In this document: positions 42,904-51,040 of the stretch, piece after piece | How the letters are laid out: each line of letters starts with the position of its first letter | Numbering within the stretch: the first letter of the stretch is position 1 | Program-made: the position numbers and the translations under genes | Notes under the pieces: model-generated | Seen by the model: the letters and a program-made list of their open reading frames with translations, nothing else | Databases searched by the model: none | Told to the model about the DNA's origin: nothing | Virus record (IMG/VR): IMGVR_UViG_3300027807_000001 | Span: 19,285 to 83,284 of that record | Origin: a virus | Taxonomy: Duplodnaviria; Heunggongvirae; Uroviricota; Caudoviricetes | DNA length: 64,000 nt | Reading direction: 5' to 3' (one strand)

Positions 42904-43087
42904 GCAGCTATGCTGTCAAATACATCCGGCGTTCAGATGCTGTGAATGCGCTCTATCTGTATGTACAGAACATTTTTCCACTAGCCAGGAAAGAGAATGC
43001 AGACTAATCCCCGGGAATTCTCATTGCTGCCTTCATGGTCTAGAGACCACCTCCATACTCTTGTTCCAGAGATCATATGAAGAATAA
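42896..43087 (+). CDS. LCC-family mini-protein (LCCQIHP)
   Basis: MNEQLCCQIHPAFRCCECALSVC. Confidence 0.55.
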   Translation: MNEQLCCQIHPAFRCCECALSVCTEHFSTSQERECRLIPGNSHCCLHGLETTSILLFQRSYEE

Positions 43088-43220
43088 GGCCCTTTGTTGC
43101 ATATTAAATCCTGTTGTGCAGGAAATGTGTATAGACCGTTATTCGGAAATGGCAGCTAAGAAAGTCACAGAGGGGCTCGATGCATTTCTAAAGAAGCTTA
43201 AGATACCCCTACCTCCGTAG
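43077..43220 (+). CDS. LCC-family mini-protein (LCCILNP), 47 aa
   Basis: MKNKALCCILNPVVQEMC; below track cutoff. Confidence 0.45.
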   Translation: MKNKALCCILNPVVQEMCIDRYSEMAAKKVTEGLDAFLKKLKIPLPP

Positions 43221-43226
43221 TCCTCA

Positions 43227-43262
43227 CCTCACAAAAAGACTAGAGGACTCAGAGTATAATAT
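43227..43262 (+). promoter_or_regulatory. promoter-like element (copy 7)
   Basis: identical 37-mer to copy 6. Confidence 0.5.
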
Positions 43263-43339
43263 ATTAACAGAAGGCGCCTCTTACAGGAGTAAACAAAAAC
43301 CGTTTGGAGAACACAATAGAATTTAAACGAGAAGGCGCA

Positions 43340-43540
43340 ATGCAGTCTCTGCCCCTATGTTGTAGCGTTAATCCCGTTAGATGTGATACCCGTAAAGGTA
43401 TGGCGTATTGTCCAGGTAACATAGGCATCTGTGCAGAACATCAAAAGGTTCTTTTTCAAGAGAAGGGCAAATGGATCACCCTCTGTAGAGCTTGTAGCGA
43501 CGCAATCTATGAAGCCGATAAGAAAAGACGCCATGGTTAA
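43340..43540 (+). CDS. LCC-family mini-protein (LCCSVNP)
   Basis: SD GAGAAGGCGCA; MQSLPLCCSVNPVRCD. Confidence 0.55.
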   Translation: MQSLPLCCSVNPVRCDTRKGMAYCPGNIGICAEHQKVLFQEKGKWITLCRACSDAIYEADKKRRHG

Positions 43541-43739
43541 GAACAATCTGTGTTGTCTAGTTAATCCATTCGTAAGGTGCAGGGAATGTTCAGCTACCAG
43601 GTGTGAGCAACATGGCGCTGCACCTTACGATTGTGGGACGGGCGTTTGGCCTGACACGCCCATAAAGGCGCACCTCTTCGAGTCGCTAATAGGATGGGGT
43701 CCTCTTATCTGGACAAAAGAATCTGGGTGGACATTTTGA
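43533..43739 (+). CDS. LCC-family mini-protein (LCCLVNP)
   Basis: MVKNNLCCLVNPFVRCRECSATRC. Confidence 0.55.
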   Translation: MVKNNLCCLVNPFVRCRECSATRCEQHGAAPYDCGTGVWPDTPIKAHLFESLIGWGPLIWTKESGWTF

Positions 43740-43918
43740 AGAAACTATGCTGTGCTGTTAATCCCTATATAATGTGCGCTACCTGTGGGTGGACATGTTG
43801 TAAAGATTGTGGTAATGAGATTTGGGAGATGCCAGGAGGACTTCTCTATTCTACTCACGCAAAAGACTCTGAGGAGTGTTATTATTGGGATCCAATAACA
43901 GTCGCCTCTGCTGCATAA
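43727..43918 (+). CDS. LCC-family mini-protein (LCCAVNP), GTG or TTG start
   Basis: KKLCCAVNPYIMCATCGWTCCKDC. Confidence 0.5.
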   Translation: MDILKKLCCAVNPYIMCATCGWTCCKDCGNEIWEMPGGLLYSTHAKDSEECYYWDPITVASAA

Positions 43919-44091
43919 TCAACCCTGTAGTTAGATGTACATCCTGTAGTACAACTAGATGTTCAGACCATGGAGAAGATCCTATCTATTTTGTGTACCT
44001 CCTTATACCTATATGGGTCACCACTTTATCACTACCTCTCCAAAAGCTACGTTTCGCCAAGCCCACTGGACAAAACAGCATGGGTGGGTAA
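43876..44091 (+). CDS. LCC-family mini-protein (LCCIINP), non-ATG start
   Basis: SRLCCIINPVVRCTSCSTTRC. Confidence 0.45.
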   Translation: MLLLGSNNSRLCCIINPVVRCTSCSTTRCSDHGEDPIYFVYLLIPIWVTTLSLPLQKLRFAKPTGQNSMGG

Positions 44092-44095
44092 TATA

Positions 44096-44287
44096 ATGTC
44101 TACGTCTTTCTGGAACTGGCTAAAGTTACTCCCTAGGGGATGTAGTAATGGGCATAAGTGGGTAATACCCATTAAGCATGTAAGAGGCAATGGCGCCATA
44201 GTATACGACTACTCCGAGGACGTTTTGTATAATGGCCTTCGCGTATGCGCTAGATGTAATGTACGAAATGACCAGAAGAAATCATGA
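44096..44287 (+). CDS. hypothetical protein (GCSNGH...CARC)
   Basis: ATG after previous stop; alternative to the longer track ORF 43970-44287. Confidence 0.35.
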   Translation: MSTSFWNWLKLLPRGCSNGHKWVIPIKHVRGNGAIVYDYSEDVLYNGLRVCARCNVRNDQKKS

Positions 44288-44355
44288 TATCAATTAACTA
44301 TTTACATCAATGTCATGATCTGTGAACAGATACTAAGCATTAACTAGAAAAGTCT

Positions 44356-44589
44356 ATGGCATTACCCCAGATAAGACCATCACCGCTATGTTGCCTTATT
44401 AGGCCTGCATTCATATGTAGAATATGCCACGCTAGAATCTGCGACGACTGTAATGACCAAGATTTAGCGGCTGCCGGCCAAGCTGGTGAAACTCCAAACA
44501 ATTTTGGGCATGTAAGCAGGGAGTGCTTGTCAAGAACTCACGAGCAGCGAATGAACGACTGGATAGTTGTTGAACACGAAGGAGAATGA
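44356..44589 (+). CDS. LCC-family mini-protein (LCCLIRP)
   Basis: SPLCCLIRPAFICRICHARICDDC. Confidence 0.55.
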   Translation: MALPQIRPSPLCCLIRPAFICRICHARICDDCNDQDLAAAGQAGETPNNFGHVSRECLSRTHEQRMNDWIVVEHEGE

Positions 44590-44596
44590 TCTGTCT

Positions 44597-44821
44597 ATGC
44601 TGCAGCGACATACCATGCAATCTTCTCTATGTTGTTTAATTAATCCAGAGCGCTACTGCCTCCCCTGTGGGAAGAGATATTGCAAAGAGTGTCTCCGAGT
44701 ACTTATTCACACCACACCCAGTGATCAACTTTGTGAGGCAGGGTTTATCATTTGTAGTTGTGGATCGGCTGAAAAGAAGAGATGGAAAGAAGGGGCACCT
44801 GCCCCGAGAGTATTTCCTTGA
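44597..44821 (+). CDS. LCC-family mini-protein (LCCLINP)
   Basis: SD GAAGGAGAATG upstream; QSSLCCLINPERYCLPCGKRYC. Confidence 0.55.
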   Translation: MLQRHTMQSSLCCLINPERYCLPCGKRYCKECLRVLIHTTPSDQLCEAGFIICSCGSAEKKRWKEGAPAPRVFP

Positions 44822-45027
44822 ATAATTTAGCGTGTCTTATTAACGGGCACGAATGGCACGGAGAGTTCGACGCGAACGACCTTTCCCTACAAGCCTCTTT
44901 GGCTACGGGGTTCAAGGTGCTGTATGATAGCAAGGCTATCTGTTATTGGTGTAAAGAAAGAATTTTCTGGTCGTATAAAAATCCTAGTAGGCCTCGCTGG
45001 CAAACGTCAAAGGAAATAAATGGCTAA
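44818..45027 (+). CDS. Cys-rich subfamily B protein (LACLINGHEWHG), TTG start
   Basis: TTGA overlap. Confidence 0.45.
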   Translation: MNNLACLINGHEWHGEFDANDLSLQASLATGFKVLYDSKAICYWCKERIFWSYKNPSRPRWQTSKEING

Positions 45028-45901
45028 GCTTACCGTTTTAGTAGGACCGCCTGGCAGTGGGAAGAGCACCTACGCAAAGACTACTCAAGCGACATATATC
45101 AACCAAGATTCTCAAGGAAAGAATCATCTTAACTTGTTCAACGAGGCGCTTTCTCGGAAGGAAGATATAATTGTCGATAGGATGGGCTTTGACAAGGGGC
45201 AACGCGCCCGCTACATCGATCCAGCCAAAGCAGCTGGCTACGAAGTTAACATCCGTACCTTTGTCGTTCCTCGTAAGGTTTGTTTCGAGAGAGTGATGGC
45301 GAGAGTAGGACATGAGACCATCAAAGATGAGGTCGCAGCCAGATCAGCTATCAATCTCTTCTTCGCCAAGTACGATAAGCCTACGGATGCGGAAGGCAAG
45401 CTTGAGTTCGTTCAGTATGGTAGCCAGGATCTGGGCGGAGTTGTTCGCACCAAGCCTAAGGCTATCATTTGCGATCTCGATGGCACGATGTGCAACATTG
45501 ATCATCGGTTGCATTACGTGAAAAAGAATGTCGAGGGAGTTAAGCCTAACTGGTATATGTTCTTCAAAGGTATTCCTCGAGATACTCTCAATGAGTGGTG
45601 CGCTGATCTCGTTAGACGTTACAGCGGCGACCACCAGATCGTTTATTGTTCTGGGCGCGACGAAACTACGCGAGAGGTTACTGAGAAGTGGCTGAAGGAA
45701 CAGGGCGTATGGTTCGGTCATCTCTTTATGCGAAGTGCCGGCGACCACCGTCCGGATAATATCGTTAAGGAGATCTTACTAGACTTCGATATCCTTACTC
45801 AGTTTGATCCGGTACTCATGATCGATGATCGTCAACAAGTGACAGACATGTGGCGACGGCGTGGATTTATTTGTTTGCAGTGCGCGAAAGGCGATTTCTA
45901 A
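45020..45901 (+). CDS. polynucleotide 5'-kinase/3'-phosphatase (T4 Pnk-like)
   Basis: N-terminal P-loop GPPGSGKST kinase domain; C-terminal HAD motif CDLDGTM plus downstream MIDD; two-domain order as in T4 PseT. Confidence 0.8.
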   Translation: MAKLTVLVGPPGSGKSTYAKTTQATYINQDSQGKNHLNLFNEALSRKEDIIVDRMGFDKGQRARYIDPAKAAGYEVNIRTFVVPRKVCFERVMARVGHETIKDEVAARSAINLFFAKYDKPTDAEGKLEFVQYGSQDLGGVVRTKPKAIICDLDGTMCNIDHRLHYVKKNVEGVKPNWYMFFKGIPRDTLNEWCADLVRRYSGDHQIVYCSGRDETTREVTEKWLKEQGVWFGHLFMRSAGDHRPDNIVKEILLDFDILTQFDPVLMIDDRQQVTDMWRRRGFICLQCAKGDF

Positions 45902-45907
45902 GTTAGT

Positions 45908-46162
45908 ATGGAAAAAGAAACGTCGTACAGGCATAGGGCCTTCGCTAGAAGAGTGGAGCGATTAGACCTTAAAGGAGATGGGATCTATACTGTAGATCCT
46001 TGTAAGCCTGGGCTATGTTGCCAAGTCAATCCACATGCAACGTGCGCTACTTGCAACAACAAACTCTGTCAGGAATGCGTGGATAAACTCTACGGGGCAG
46101 TACCTCCGTGGACTCTCGAGAATGAGTTCTGCGGGAAGTTCTGCGGGAGCTGGGTAATATAA
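45908..46162 (+). CDS. LCC-family mini-protein (LCCQVNP)
   Basis: PGLCCQVNPHATCATCNNKLCQEC. Confidence 0.55.
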   Translation: MEKETSYRHRAFARRVERLDLKGDGIYTVDPCKPGLCCQVNPHATCATCNNKLCQECVDKLYGAVPPWTLENEFCGKFCGSWVI

Positions 46163-46209
46163 GTTGTCACCAGCTTACTAAGGGAGATCTGGAGAAGAAG
46201 GCTCTAGAG

Positions 46210-46497
46210 ATGGCCAATGATAGATACCTTAGAGAGGGGGGGGTACACATTATGTCCTATCTAAGCATCAGCGGAATTAATGGCCCATACTCTTCTCTTG
46301 AAGAGTCTGAATTTAGGGCGGATATTGCAGAAGCCCTGATCGAGAAAGGATTAGATCCTGTAGCGCAAACAACGAAATGCCCTACGTGCAAAGCGCGCAG
46401 AGGACAGAGTTGTCGTAACGAGAAGATGAAGAAGATTCCCTCTCACACAGAGAGAGGAGTTGCTGCATTGAAGATTTCGGTTAATCCGGAGGGCTAA
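46210..46497 (+). CDS. hypothetical protein with G8 tract near the N-terminus (alternative start ATG 46252)
   Basis: G8 at 46236-46243; CPTCKARRGQSC zinc-ribbon-like. Confidence 0.45.
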   Translation: MANDRYLREGGVHIMSYLSISGINGPYSSLEESEFRADIAEALIEKGLDPVAQTTKCPTCKARRGQSCRNEKMKKIPSHTERGVAALKISVNPEG

Positions 46498-46501
46498 CAA
46501 C

Positions 46502-47044
46502 ATGGCTAAGAAAGTGACGTTAAAGAGTCAATCAGCGATCTGGTGGGCAAGAACCAAGAAGTCAGATGCCTTAACCACTCTCTGGCTTCAGAAACAGTTT
46601 ATGGGCGAGGCTCGCGCGGCCGCTCGTCTAAAAGCGTACCTAGACAAGTTTAATCTTAATACTAAGGTTAGAAAGATTGTCCAGGTCATCGCTATGCAGG
46701 AAGGCGCCCACGCTGGATGGATTGCAGATCTTCTCCAGACAAGAAAGGCTTTACCTGATTTAGATCATGAGGATCGTTACTGGAAACATACTCTCAAGAA
46801 CATCAAATCTTTTGACGATATGTGCGGAGTGGCTTGGGCTGCAGAGAACATGCGCTTGGTACGAATACGTACTATCGTTGAAGACACTAAAGCCCCTAAG
46901 GATATTCGCTCTACCTTCCAAAAGATTCTTAAGGATGAGATCTTCCACGAGAAGGCATTCCGTGCTTTATCTTCAACTTCTTCTAAGAAGAAAGCGCTGG
47001 TCAAGCATTCCGAAGGGATGAAAGCAATTGGATTATTCGCCTAA
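46502..47044 (+). CDS. ferritin-like di-iron protein (possible MiaE-like tRNA hydroxylase)
   Basis: two E...ExxH pairs (GEARAA...EGAH and ENMRL...EIFHE) typical of di-iron carboxylate proteins; the tRNA hydroxylase assignment is inference from context. Confidence 0.5.
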   Translation: MAKKVTLKSQSAIWWARTKKSDALTTLWLQKQFMGEARAAARLKAYLDKFNLNTKVRKIVQVIAMQEGAHAGWIADLLQTRKALPDLDHEDRYWKHTLKNIKSFDDMCGVAWAAENMRLVRIRTIVEDTKAPKDIRSTFQKILKDEIFHEKAFRALSSTSSKKKALVKHSEGMKAIGLFA

Positions 47045-47054
47045 AGAGATTCAA

Positions 47055-47276
47055 ATGGAACAGGAATTCCTTAGAACGAAAAAGCAGTCCTTATGCTGCT
47101 TATTGAATCCAATGTGGATTTGTCGCAGGTGTGGTGCAAAGAACTGCGAACTATGCTGGCGCATAGATCATGAGGCAGCTCAACTTCTTGGAATAAGCGT
47201 TAACCAGATGGGGCACTTGCCCGGCTGTACTATACTAAAAACAGAACTGACGACTATATGGGCAAGATATGCCTAA
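47055..47276 (+). CDS. LCC-family mini-protein (LCCLLNP)
   Basis: MEQEFLRTKKQSLCCLLNPMWICRRCGAKNC. Confidence 0.55.
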   Translation: MEQEFLRTKKQSLCCLLNPMWICRRCGAKNCELCWRIDHEAAQLLGISVNQMGHLPGCTILKTELTTIWARYA

Positions 47277-47499
47277 GGAACTATGTCTCGTGTGTCTCAC
47301 CGGCCAAAGAGTATCGGGAGAAGTGTTCTGGTGCGAAGCATGCCATAGACAGGTATGCGTTAACCATGCTAATCCAGAATCCCTAGCAGGATGGGACTAT
47401 ACGAGTTTAAATCTGCTTTGTCCTGACTGTAAGTATAAAAAGTACCCTATCTCACTAGGGGTCTTCAATTCCCTAAAAATCATTGCGGGGATTGTATAG
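47269..47499 (+). CDS. Cys-rich variant (LCLVCLTG...WCEACHRQVC)
   Basis: shifted-Cys variant of the family. Confidence 0.45.
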   Translation: MPKELCLVCLTGQRVSGEVFWCEACHRQVCVNHANPESLAGWDYTSLNLLCPDCKYKKYPISLGVFNSLKIIAGIV

Positions 47500-47508
47500 G
47501 GTGCTACG

Positions 47509-47673
47509 ATGAGCCACAAAGAGAAGATGAAACTTCCCAAGAAAGAGGTTAAGATTAGAAAGACTTGGGGTAATCTTAATCCAATAACTAAGGTTATTGC
47601 GACAGAAAAAAAGTACAATCGAAATAAAGAGAAGAGAAGCTTCCGAAAAGAGACACACGAATGTGATTGGTAG
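47509..47673 (+). CDS. small basic protein (54 aa)
   Basis: K/R-rich ATG ORF. Confidence 0.35.
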   Translation: MSHKEKMKLPKKEVKIRKTWGNLNPITKVIATEKKYNRNKEKRSFRKETHECDW

Positions 47674-47676
47674 CTA

Positions 47677-47877
47677 ATGAAAGATAGCCAGGAAACTAAA
47701 AGGTTTCTTCGTCAGCTTCGTCAACGAAGAGAGAAGGCAGCGGCGCGACAAGAGCGACAAGCTAAAGAGCCACGGAATAGTATATGTAAGATATGGGGAC
47801 ACGAGAATGATGAAGCCATCTATTCCTGCACACTTTGTCGTATGATTCCCATAAAGCGCGCCGCGAATCTGCCCTGA
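47677..47877 (+). CDS. small basic protein (66 aa)
   Basis: R/K/E-rich. Confidence 0.4.
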   Translation: MKDSQETKRFLRQLRQRREKAAARQERQAKEPRNSICKIWGHENDEAIYSCTLCRMIPIKRAANLP

Positions 47878-48020
47878 CGATATTGTATAAGTGCTCGAGA
47901 TGTGATAGCATCATACAGGCAGACAATTAAATAAAGAAGTGCCTGTGCCGTTTTATCCATGCATATATTATTTGTGTGGATTGTAAAGAAGGATCTCACT
48001 CCCTGAGTTAGCGAGAATCT

Positions 48021-48608
48021 ATGAATGACATTATCAAGAAAGCGATTGAGGAAGCGACTATAAAAGCAGGTGGGCTGCCTGAGAATGTCAAGGAAGTTCT
48101 AGCGCCCAAACCTAGGGAGTACTGTGACGGTCGATGCGGGGGAGGTCCTACGTTTGCAACAAGAGAAATTTCTCTCCCCAAGAGCGAACCTACAGAAGGC
48201 CTTCTTTCTAGAAAAGAGGCTGTTTGGCCCGTTGAACCTGGACAGATGTCCTTGTGGAAGTTAGAAACGGAGCAAGCCCATAGGAAGCGAGAACTGTTTC
48301 TCCAATCGCTTGATACCCCGGAACACTTAGATAGTGTACGTGAGGCCGGGGCTGCTTCTGCTCAAAAGAAAATGTCGCTTAAATCCCAAGCCACTCCTCC
48401 AAGAGAAATTGTTGATAAAGAGCCCAAACTTAAGAAAGTACCTCGACAAAATCGTCTAGGACAAACTAAGCTAATCGACGGCCTGTTAAGAGCTGGAAAG
48501 AATGAGAAAGAGATCTTCGCTGCGGTGAGAGAGCAGATTCCTTCCTATCCTGCAGATAAGCTGCCTAAGCTGATTAAGTTGCGACAATACCATGTGACAA
48601 AGAAATAA
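48021..48608 (+). CDS. hypothetical protein (195 aa)
   Basis: ATG ORF after a 140-nt gap. Confidence 0.5.
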   Translation: MNDIIKKAIEEATIKAGGLPENVKEVLAPKPREYCDGRCGGGPTFATREISLPKSEPTEGLLSRKEAVWPVEPGQMSLWKLETEQAHRKRELFLQSLDTPEHLDSVREAGAASAQKKMSLKSQATPPREIVDKEPKLKKVPRQNRLGQTKLIDGLLRAGKNEKEIFAAVREQIPSYPADKLPKLIKLRQYHVTKK

Positions 48609-48609
48609 C

Positions 48610-48795
48610 ATGAGTCAGTGTCTTGTATGTTTAATAAACACGTCTTCAAGGTGTCTTAACTGTGGAAAAAGATGGTGCGTAGACTGTATCCGCCAGCGAG
48701 ATATGGGAACAGATATAACTCGCTGTCCAAATAGGCCTCTCTACGGAGGCGGGGATGGTCATTGCGTTGTGCATAATCCATGGATCCCAAGATAA
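48610..48795 (+). CDS. Cys-rich variant (CLVCLINT...CLNCGKRWC)
   Basis: shifted-Cys variant. Confidence 0.5.
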   Translation: MSQCLVCLINTSSRCLNCGKRWCVDCIRQRDMGTDITRCPNRPLYGGGDGHCVVHNPWIPR

Positions 48796-49025
48796 CTAAT
48801 CTTCAAGATAGCAGGAGTCTTTGCTGCATAGTTAATGGCAGAAAGTTGAAGATTCCCCGGGATTGTACGTGCAATTTTAAATTGTGCGACGAGTGCATTA
48901 ACCGTAACAAGAACTCCAATTCTAAAATCTTCTGCGGCCGACGTAACTTAAACGCAGACGTTCATTACCGTTTCAATCCCTCATGTCCTTCCTTTAAAGG
49001 ATATACTCTTGTCAATAACCCATAA
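48780..49025 (+). CDS. LCC-family mini-protein (LCCIVNG)
   Basis: SRSLCCIVNGRKLKIPRDCTCNFKLCDEC. Confidence 0.55.
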   Translation: MDPKITNLQDSRSLCCIVNGRKLKIPRDCTCNFKLCDECINRNKNSNSKIFCGRRNLNADVHYRFNPSCPSFKGYTLVNNP

Positions 49026-49209
49026 TAGAAAGCTTTGCTGCGTGGTTAATACGGTTTACGTATGCAGAGACTGTGGCGAAAAGTATTGTGGGCCATGCGG
49101 AGATGACCGATGGATCTTAGTGTGGGTACCTTGGCCATCTCCAAGGATTAGATGCCGTATCTGCAATGGAGGCCACATCTATAACAAAGACGAGATTAGG
49201 CTATTATGA
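49009..49209 (+). CDS. LCC-family mini-protein (LCCVVNT), start uncertain
   Basis: RKLCCVVNTVYVCRDCGEKYC. Confidence 0.45.
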   Translation: MSITHNRKLCCVVNTVYVCRDCGEKYCGPCGDDRWILVWVPWPSPRIRCRICNGGHIYNKDEIRLL

Positions 49210-49340
49210 ATAATCTCTGTTGCACGGTAAATCCCGTCCTAAGGTGTGAGGTGTGTAAGTACTCGTACTGTCGGGATCATACATATCTGTGGCGGCGTCA
49301 TCACCTCACAAAAAGATATAGGGCATTAAGTATAATATGA
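49206..49340 (+). CDS. LCC-family mini-protein (LCCTVNP), 44 aa, 3' end runs through promoter copy 8
   Basis: ATGA overlap; MNNLCCTVNPVLRCEVCKYSYC. Confidence 0.45.
   Translation: MNNLCCTVNPVLRCEVCKYSYCRDHTYLWRRHHLTKRYRALSII
49304..49338 (+). promoter_or_regulatory. promoter-like element (copy 8)
   Basis: CCTCACAAAAAG-N15-TATAAT; 77 nt upstream of the MoxR gene. Confidence 0.5.
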
Positions 49341-49414
49341 TACAAGCTTCGCAGTTTGCACAAAGTTTGTATAGAAAGATCTTGTCGTAGCTACAGCAGC
49401 AAAGGAGGAGTAAG

Positions 49415-50467
49415 TTGAGACCACTCGAAGTTGAAGAAGTCCTCAAATCGATTATCAGCAAGGGAGTTAAGTGTCCTGTCGTTGTGAAGGGAGACGCCGG
49501 AATCGGAAAGAGCCAGGTCATCCAGAAGGTTGGTCGGGACTTGGGCATGCACGTGATTGATTTGCGTCTTGCCCAGATGGAGCCGGGAGATTTGATTGGT
49601 CTTCCCCGGACCGACCCGGAATCCCACAAGACGGTGTGGTACGCTCCGGAGTGGTGGCCTTCGAAGAGCGATAAGGGGACTATCGTATTCTTCGACGAGC
49701 TCAATCGCGCGCCTGTCGATGTGCGACAGGCGGTTTTCCAGGTGCTGACGGAGTATAAGATGCACACGCACGTCCTCCCTGAGAACACCTTCCTCGTCGC
49801 GGCTATCAACCCTGATGAGGGCGGCAAGATGAATTACCAGGTCGAGCAGTTCGACCCCGCCATGGTAAATCGCATGTGCTTCATCTCCATGGAACCTGAT
49901 GGGCAGCAGTGGATCAACTGGGCCACCGCTGCGGGCGTGCATGAGATGGTGATTAAGTTTATCGCCGTCAATACCGCGATGTTGTACGCCGGCAGCGAGA
50001 CGGGCCCTTTCCCGTCGCCTCGCTCGTGGGTCCGCTTGTCGGATCTGATGAATGCGAATGCGATTCCGGCGTCAGCCCAATCGGAGGTTATCTCCGGCCT
50101 GATCGGTGAGAAGCCGGCGATCTCGTTCATTCGCTTCTTGGATAAGTCTTACAAGAAGCCGGTGAGCGGCAAGGAAGTCCTGGAATCGTTCGCGAAGTTC
50201 AAGGACAAGATCAAGGCGCAGAAGAACGACGAGAACTTCGTTACGATCTCGGAGCTCGTCGGTCTCCTGGGCGACGGAGCGAAGCTGAAGAAGGATCAGC
50301 TGACCAACGTCACCGACTTCGCCTTGGCGTTGAAGCAAGAGGAGAAGATGGCCTTGCTGAAGAAGCTGCCGAATTCTCTTCTGTCGAAGCTCGGTCAGAC
50401 CTCGCAGGACCTGTGCAATACGATCGCCTCTATCGCGGCTGAAATGGACAAGGAAAGAGGGCGGTAA
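49415..50467 (+). CDS. MoxR-type AAA+ ATPase
   Basis: TTG start with strong SD AAAGGAGGAG; Walker A GDAGIGKSQ, Walker B IVFFDELNRAP, MoxR-type sensor region. Confidence 0.85.
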   Translation: MRPLEVEEVLKSIISKGVKCPVVVKGDAGIGKSQVIQKVGRDLGMHVIDLRLAQMEPGDLIGLPRTDPESHKTVWYAPEWWPSKSDKGTIVFFDELNRAPVDVRQAVFQVLTEYKMHTHVLPENTFLVAAINPDEGGKMNYQVEQFDPAMVNRMCFISMEPDGQQWINWATAAGVHEMVIKFIAVNTAMLYAGSETGPFPSPRSWVRLSDLMNANAIPASAQSEVISGLIGEKPAISFIRFLDKSYKKPVSGKEVLESFAKFKDKIKAQKNDENFVTISELVGLLGDGAKLKKDQLTNVTDFALALKQEEKMALLKKLPNSLLSKLGQTSQDLCNTIASIAAEMDKERGR

Positions 50468-50534
50468 GGTCTAAGTGATTCTGCGCCCGTACGGGGCCCT
50501 TTATTCGATTCGGGGGACAAGGTTAAAATCGAAA

Positions 50535-50600
50535 GTTAGTCACGGTAATTATCATCTGCGAGCGTAGGAAGGGTATCGATGATAAATCCGTGCACAATTT
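50535..50600 (+). promoter_or_regulatory. bipartite leader element (copy f) GTTAGTCACGG-N42-CCGTGCACAATTT, directly before ATG 50601
   Basis: conserved flanks with nested stem TATCATC/GATGATA. Confidence 0.45.
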
Positions 50601-50908
50601 ATGATTGAACTCCAAGATAGTAATTCTTTTGATCAAGAGGTAGCACAGGGATTAACACTAGTCGACGTGGGGGCCCCCGGTGCGCTCCGTGTAGAGCTTT
50701 AGCTCCAACTATAGAAGCAGTAAGTACCATCCTAGTGGGCAAACTTAAGGTAGTAAAGATAAACGCGGACGAACATACGGAGCTAGTAAATAAGTTAGGT
50801 GTCCATAGTATTCCGACTATTTTATACTACAAAGATGGCGCTCTAGTTAGACGCAGCGTCGGAGTAACAGACCAAGCCACTATTACTGCGGTTGTTGCAT
50901 CACTCTAA
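50601..50908 (+). pseudogene. thioredoxin-like gene interrupted by a -1 frame change in a G5C5 run (50669-50678)
   Basis: frame 0 gives MIELQDSNSFDQEVAQGLTLVDV then stops at 50700; a shifted frame continues GGPRCAPCRALAPTIEAV...IPTILYYKDGALVRRSVGV (CxxC active site and thioredoxin C-terminus). May be a sequencing error or a real frameshift. Confidence 0.6.
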
Positions 50909-51040
50909 AGACACGAACCAGCTTTGCTGTTAAATCCCTCTAAGGAACAAGGACGGTAATTGTGTTGCATTGAAATATAGGAGTCTACCCGTTAGGTAAA
51001 CTCCTCCCTGGACGGTAAACTTCCAACCGTATAAATGGAA

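Noticed and set aside
43970-44287. track ORF of 105 aa overlapping LCC gene 43876-44091
   Set aside because: Its first 40 codons overlap an LCC-family member in another frame. The shorter 44096-44287 ORF is proposed instead, with low confidence.
49306-50338. minus ORFs antisense to the MoxR gene
   Set aside because: MoxR has complete Walker motifs on the plus strand.
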